The notes under the pieces were generated by a model that ran no database searches, had not been told where the DNA came from, and saw nothing but the letters and a program-made list of their open reading frames with translations. Of a DNA stretch of 64,000 nucleotides, positions 59,763 through 64,000 are shown piece after piece. The stretch is from Burkholderiales bacterium. GTDB taxonomy: Bacteria > Pseudomonadota > Gammaproteobacteria > Burkholderiales > SG8-39. The stretch's first letter is position 1. Every line of letters begins with the position of its first letter. The position numbers and the translations under genes are program-made. The stretch spans positions 698 through 64,697 of the forward strand of contig DATEGT010000195.1 in NCBI GenBank assembly GCA_035280025.1, read 5' to 3'.

Positions 59763-60488
59763 ATGCCCGAACCGTTGGTTCGATTCCGTGGTGTGACCAA
59801 GAGCTTCGGACGCGCTGAGGTGCTGCGCGGCATCGATCTCGATCTCGCGCCGGGCGCTTGCGTGGGGTTGACCGGAGTCAATGGAGCCGGAAAAACGACG
59901 CTCATCAAGTGCCTCCTGGATTTCTGCGATCTCGATTCGGGAGCGATCGACGTCGACGGCGTCGAGCACCGGCGCCCTCAAGCGCGTGCGCGCCTCGCGT
60001 TTCTCCCGGAACGCTTCACCGCTCCCTACTTCCTCACCGGCCGCGAATTCCTCACCATGATGCTCACGCTGTTCGGGGGGCGTTATGAAGAAGAACCCGT
60101 TCGCTCGATGTTCGCCGCGCTCGACCTGGACGTCGCGGCTCTGGAAAAGCCGGTGCGGAACTATTCCAAGGGCATGACACAGAAGCTGGGGCTCGCCGCT
60201 TGCCTTCTTTCGCAGCGAGACCTGTACGTGCTCGACGAGCCGATGAGCGGGCTCGATCCCGCGGCGCGCGCCCGCGCCAAGGATCTGCTGCTGGAGCTGA
60301 AGGCCCGCGGACGAACCCTGCTGATCACCTCGCACTCGCTGTCCGATGTCGAGGAAGTGTGCGATCGGGTGACGGTGCTGCACAGAGGAACACTGGCCTA
60401 CGCCGGCACACCCGGCGGCTTGTGCAAGATGTACGAAGAATCTTCATTGGAGCGCGCCTTCCTGAAGTGCATCGAAACCCATGCCTGA
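59763..60488 (+). CDS. ABC transporter ATP-binding protein without adjacent permease
   Basis: 241 aa. Walker A GVNGAGKTT, signature YSKGMTQK, Walker B LYVLDEP, H-loop TSHSL. Confidence 0.85.
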   Translation: MPEPLVRFRGVTKSFGRAEVLRGIDLDLAPGACVGLTGVNGAGKTTLIKCLLDFCDLDSGAIDVDGVEHRRPQARARLAFLPERFTAPYFLTGREFLTMMLTLFGGRYEEEPVRSMFAALDLDVAALEKPVRNYSKGMTQKLGLAACLLSQRDLYVLDEPMSGLDPAARARAKDLLLELKARGRTLLITSHSLSDVEEVCDRVTVLHRGTLAYAGTPGGLCKMYEESSLERAFLKCIETHA

Positions 60489-61905
60489 TAACGCCAAGCC
60501 CAGCCTGCTCATCGTCGACGACGATCCCCTGATCACCGAAACCCTGTCGTACGCCCTCGGAAAGGACTTCGAGGTCATGGTGAGCGATTCCCGCCAGCAC
60601 GCCGTCAGCCTCCTGAGGCAAGCGGACGAGGCGCCGCAGCTCGCGCTCGTCGACCTTGGGCTGCCGCCCATGCCTCACAGGCCCGACGAAGGATTCCAGC
60701 TGATCAGCGACCTGCTCGCGCACTCGCCTGCGATGAAGATCCTGGTGCTCTCGGGACAGAACGACGCGGCGAACGCAAGGCACGCGCGCACGCTGGGCGC
60801 GGCGGAGTTCGTCGCCAAGCCATGCGACCCCGAGAACCTGAAGAAGATCCTGCTCCATGCGCTCCAGTTCCGCGCCGCCGAGATCTCCGGGCAGGGGATC
60901 GCCGAAACCGACCCGCTGGTCGGCAAGAGCCCGGCGCTGCAGAAGCTCAAGAGTCAGATCAGCCAATACGCCGATTCGCCCTTCCCCGCCCTCATCGAGG
61001 GCGAGTCGGGAACCGGGAAGGAGCTCGTAGCGAACCTGCTGCACCGCCTGTCGTGGCGGCGCGTGAAGCCGTGGTTCGCGCTCAATTGCGCAGCGATCGC
61101 GCCTACACTGGTCGAGCCCACGCTGTTCGGCTACGCCAAGGGGGCTTTCACGGGGGCGACGCAAAACAAGTCGGGATATTTCGAGGACGCGAGCGACGGC
61201 ACGCTGTTCCTGGACGAGATCGGCGAGCTGCCGCTCGAGCTCCAGGCGAAGCTGCTGCGCGTGCTGGAGAACGGCGAGTTCCAGCGCGTCGGCGAGACTC
61301 AGCAGAGGTTCTCCCGCGCGCGCGTGATAGCGGCGACCAACCGGGATTTGCGCCAGGAGGTTCGCAAGGGGAATTTCCGCGCCGATCTCTACCACCGGCT
61401 CTCGGTTTTTTCTATCGAAGTTCCTGCCCTGCGCGAAATGGACGAAGACCGCGTCCTGTTGCTCGAGCATTATCGGAAGTTCTACGCCGAGCAGGCGAAG
61501 CTTTCGCCCTTCGCCCTGGACGAGGCCTCGCAGAAGGCCTGGCGCGCGTACCACTTCCCGGGAAACGTGCGCGAACTGCGCAACGTCGTCATCCGGTTGA
61601 CCACGAAGTACGCGGGCCAGAAGCTTTCCCTCGCGGAGCTCGAACCCGAGTTCGACCTGGAGACGCAGGCCGAAGGCGGGCCGGGGCTGCCTTCCGATCC
61701 CGGAACCCTCATCGACCAAGCGCAGCGGCACCTGCAGCGCGAGCGCGGCTTCAACCTGGATCAGATGCTCAAGGCCTGGGAGCAGGGCTACATCGAGGCG
61801 GCGATGAAGCTCACGCGGGGAAACGTGAGTCAGGCGGCGAAAATGCTCGGCATCAACCGCACTACGCTGTACTCGCGCATGGAATCCGCGCAGAAGCAGG
61901 AGTAG
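60481..61905 (+). CDS. sigma-54-dependent response regulator (REC-AAA+-HTH), PrsR-like
   Basis: 474 aa. REC domain (LLIVDDDP...LALVDLGLPP). Sigma-54 AAA+ module (GESGTGKE, GYAKGAFTGA). Fis-type HTH (VSQAAKMLGINRTTLYSRM). The ATG overlaps the upstream stop. Confidence 0.9.
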   Translation: MPDNAKPSLLIVDDDPLITETLSYALGKDFEVMVSDSRQHAVSLLRQADEAPQLALVDLGLPPMPHRPDEGFQLISDLLAHSPAMKILVLSGQNDAANARHARTLGAAEFVAKPCDPENLKKILLHALQFRAAEISGQGIAETDPLVGKSPALQKLKSQISQYADSPFPALIEGESGTGKELVANLLHRLSWRRVKPWFALNCAAIAPTLVEPTLFGYAKGAFTGATQNKSGYFEDASDGTLFLDEIGELPLELQAKLLRVLENGEFQRVGETQQRFSRARVIAATNRDLRQEVRKGNFRADLYHRLSVFSIEVPALREMDEDRVLLLEHYRKFYAEQAKLSPFALDEASQKAWRAYHFPGNVRELRNVVIRLTTKYAGQKLSLAELEPEFDLETQAEGGPGLPSDPGTLIDQAQRHLQRERGFNLDQMLKAWEQGYIEAAMKLTRGNVSQAAKMLGINRTTLYSRMESAQKQE

Positions 61906-61932
61906 GTTTCGGGTCCCGCGGGGAGCGACTCG

Positions 61933-63339
61933 ATGTATCTCGAACACTTCGGGCTGAAAGAGGCGCCGTTCCGCATTACCCCGCACACGGATTTCTTCTT
62001 TCAAGGCGCCAATCGCGGCGCGACGCTCGACGCTCTCCTGTACGCCATCACGAACGACGAGGGGATCGTCAAGGTCTCGGGAGAAGTGGGCAGCGGCAAG
62101 ACGATGCTGTGCCGGGTGCTGATGGAACGCCTGCCCGCGACGGTCGAAACCATCTATCTCGCCAACCCTTCGCTGTCCCGCGACGAGATACTTCTCGCGA
62201 TAGGCGATGAGCTCAAGGTCCAGCTCGAGGAGGACCGCGCCACGCGCGTGATCCGGTCGCTGCAGGAACACCTGCTTCGGCTGTTCGGACAGGGACGGCG
62301 CGTCGTCGTGCTGATCGACGAGGCCCACGCGATGCCCGACGAGTCGCTCGAGGAGATCCGGCTCTTGTCGAACCTGGAGTCCAACCGCCACAAGCTGCTG
62401 CAGATCGTCCTGTTCGGGCAGCCCGAACTGGACGAGCATCTGGATACCGCGGAGATGCGCCAGCTCAAGGAGCGCATCACGCACAGCTTCCGCCTCGAGC
62501 CCCTGGTTCGCGGCGACATCGACAGCTACGTCGACTTTCGCATGCGCGCGGCAGGCTACCGCGGCCCCAAGGTCTTCACCCGCGAGGCGATCAGCGACAT
62601 CGCCCGCGCGTCGCAGGGCCTGACGCGGCGGATCAACATCCTCGCGGACAAGTCCCTGCTCGCGGCTTTTGCGGCGGGGACCCACGCGGTCACGGCGGTG
62701 GAAGTCAAGCGGGCGGTGCGCGACTCGGAGTTCTATCGCGCCAGAGGCCGAACGCAGAAACTGCGCATCGGCGTGGCGGCTTTGGCCGCCGGGTTGGTCC
62801 TCGGCTGGGTGACTCACATGCTGCTCCCGGGGGCGGCCCCGCAGCCGATGGCCGCCTCGGCAGCTTCGCCACCGGCGCCCGATTCCCGGACGAGCGCCGT
62901 AGCCGCTGCCTCGCCCGCTGCGACGCCAGCGCCCGTCGCCGCGGAGGCGAAACCGATTCCCAAGCAGGGGGATGCGCCGGAGAGAAAGCCCGTGGCCCCG
63001 GCGCAGGGAAACCTGGTCCGGGAGCGCTTCGAGGCCGCGCAAACATGGCTGCACAACACTCCGGGGGACTGGTATGCCGTACAGCTTGCCACGGCAAGCG
63101 TAGAACAGCTGCCCCAACTCGAGGATTTCCTGAGAAAAGCTGCCGCGTCCGTGCCCGTCACCGAGCTATTCGTGTACAGCGTCAAGATCCAAGGTCAGCA
63201 ACACTATCGGGTCGCGTACGGGTCTTTTCCCAGCGCCGCCAAAGCGCTCGAAGCCATGGAAGACTTGCCGCAGCTCCTTGCCGCGTACCAGCCTTACACG
63301 CGCAGCGTCGAGCGGATGCGGAGCCAGAATCGCCAGTAG
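61933..63339 (+). CDS. ExeA/GspA/MshM-like AAA+ ATPase fused to a TM segment and a C-terminal SPOR (DamX-like) domain
   Basis: 468 aa, MYLEHFGLKEAPFRITPHTDFFF. P-loop GEVGSGKTM and LIDEAHAM. TM segment LRIGVAALAAGLVLGWV, then a Pro/Ala linker. SPOR-like WYAVQLATAS...HYRVAYGSFPSAAKALEAMEDLP. Confidence 0.8.
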   Translation: MYLEHFGLKEAPFRITPHTDFFFQGANRGATLDALLYAITNDEGIVKVSGEVGSGKTMLCRVLMERLPATVETIYLANPSLSRDEILLAIGDELKVQLEEDRATRVIRSLQEHLLRLFGQGRRVVVLIDEAHAMPDESLEEIRLLSNLESNRHKLLQIVLFGQPELDEHLDTAEMRQLKERITHSFRLEPLVRGDIDSYVDFRMRAAGYRGPKVFTREAISDIARASQGLTRRINILADKSLLAAFAAGTHAVTAVEVKRAVRDSEFYRARGRTQKLRIGVAALAAGLVLGWVTHMLLPGAAPQPMAASAASPPAPDSRTSAVAAASPAATPAPVAAEAKPIPKQGDAPERKPVAPAQGNLVRERFEAAQTWLHNTPGDWYAVQLATASVEQLPQLEDFLRKAAASVPVTELFVYSVKIQGQQHYRVAYGSFPSAAKALEAMEDLPQLLAAYQPYTRSVERMRSQNRQ

Positions 63340-63390
63340 GCTCGCCCTCCGGGGCGGTTCTGCCTCGGTGAAAACCAAACCGGATTCGTG

Positions 63391-63427
63391 AAATAAGCGG
63401 CACGCGAGGCCAAATAAGCGGCACGCG
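63391..63427 (+). repeat. two copies of the 16-nt direct repeat AAATAAGCGGCACGCG, 21 nt apart, bracketed by a 9-bp inverted repeat
   Basis: Copies at 63391..63406 and 63412..63427. AAACCAAAC (63372..80) pairs with GTTTGGTTT (63434..42). GTGAAAT also recurs at 63388 and 63443. Confidence 0.85.
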
Positions 63428-63529
63428 GGGTTCGTTTGGTTTGTGAAATCAGTTTCTTACATGGTACTGTTATACTAGGGCTGGAAATCCGCGCCCGGTC
63501 GGGTCAAAACAAGGGAATCGGAGGGCACC

Positions 63530-64000
63530 TTGCGACGCATTGCGCTGGCGGTTGTTGCTCTAGCGATGAGCGCCTGCGCGCACGCGCCCATTCCCGAGTC
63601 TGAAGGCCACCTGAAGAAGCCCCCCGAGCCGCCACCTTCGGGAACCGTGCCTTCGCCGGTCCAAATCTCGACGATCCTGCCCGAGCCCAAGCCCCGTCTC
63701 CGTCCGGAGACCTATACCGTCGTGGTCAACGGCGTGAAAGTTCAGGAGCTCCTGTTCGCGCTTGCGCGGGATGCGAAGCTGAACGTCGACATACACTCGG
63801 GGATCACCGGCGTAGTCACCCTCAACGCCATCGACCAGACGCTGCCGCAGCTCCTGTCGCGCATCGCGAAGCAGGTGGACATGCGCTGGGAGCTCGACGG
63901 GCCGAACCTGGCGGTCATGCCCGATACGCCCTACCTGCACATCTACAAGATCGACTACGTCAACATGGAGCGGCTCGTCGCCGGCGCGACGGGAGTTTCT
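63530..64000 (+). CDS. secretin-family lipoprotein, MshL/GspD-like (N-terminal part, truncated by the window end)
   Basis: TTG 63530 with SD GGAGGG. Lipobox in LRRIALAVVALAMSAC. Then YTVVVNGVKVQELLFALARDAKLNVDIHSGITGVVTLNAIDQTLPQLLSRIAKQVDMRWELDG...YKIDYVN, the N-terminal secretin pattern of MshL-type proteins. Confidence 0.75.
   Translation, partial: MRRIALAVVALAMSACAHAPIPESEGHLKKPPEPPPSGTVPSPVQISTILPEPKPRLRPETYTVVVNGVKVQELLFALARDAKLNVDIHSGITGVVTLNAIDQTLPQLLSRIAKQVDMRWELDGPNLAVMPDTPYLHIYKIDYVNMERLVAGATGVS

Noticed and set aside
60325-63117. 930-aa ORF on the minus strand (the longest unassigned ORF)
   Set aside because: It runs antisense to the response regulator and ExeA-like genes, which carry clear motifs. 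Its translation is Arg/Gly/Pro-rich, low in complexity, and has no recognisable motif. This is a typical GC-rich shadow ORF. The same reasoning applies to 8569..10047, 36596..38554, 2911..4524, 3090..5003, 12127..14334 and similar entries.
63485-63499. GGGCTGGAAATCCGC as a sigma-54 promoter for the secretin gene
   Set aside because: Only the GG-N10-GC spacing fits. The flanking consensus positions (TGGCAC, TTGC) are not matched, and such minimal matches are expected by chance in GC-rich DNA.

Overview
GC-rich bacterial chromosomal segment. Gene order is the kind I associate with Betaproteobacteria. All calls come from reading the ORF translations and the DNA by eye; no homology search was run. 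The ORF track uses ATG, GTG and TTG as starts and always takes the longest ORF, so I re-derived many starts.

Most of the window is conserved housekeeping:
- 1..2.9 kb: rpsU, yqeY, dnaG, plus a partial basic ORF where rpoD normally sits.
- 2.9..8.6 kb: czcCBA-type heavy-metal RND efflux.
- 8.6..12.1 kb: tsaD, plsY, folB, xerD, ogt.
- 12.1..15.2 kb: TAXI-type TRAP transporter.
- 38.8..59.7 kb: tRNA-Thr, sspAB, petABC, degS-like protease, tatABC, HIT, hisGDCBHAFIE, murA, bolA-like, an ABC-2 exporter, and mlaFEDACB.

The less conserved parts are:
- 15.3..20.9 kb: a self-contained PQQ module. A PQQ-type dehydrogenase, a dihaem cytochrome c and a VOC protein lie back-to-back with pqqABCDE. This includes a 32-codon pqqA that is absent from the ORF track.
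- 21..26.3 kb: two small operons of unclear function.
- 26.3..28.1 kb: an AT-rich patch with a near-consensus sigma-70 promoter and a ~150-nt leader. It drives a lipoprotein with a (GGTTT)n linker, Ig-like domains and DxNGNG repeats.
- 28.1..31.4 kb: metC, a MATE exporter, and a bactofilin preceded by what looks like a full UAS/IHF/sigma-54 promoter.
- 31.7..38.8 kb: an exported SAM methyltransferase and a cluster containing amidohydrolase-2 and UbiD genes.
- 59.8..64 kb: an orphan ABC ATPase translationally coupled to a PrsR-like sigma-54 response regulator, then an ExeA-like AAA+::SPOR fusion, a structured repeat-rich intergenic region, and a truncated MshL-type secretin lipoprotein.

I see no CRISPR array, transposase, phage integrase or rRNA. 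The best candidates for something not yet described are the right-edge secretin cluster and the sigma-54-controlled bactofilin. Both need database and experimental checks.
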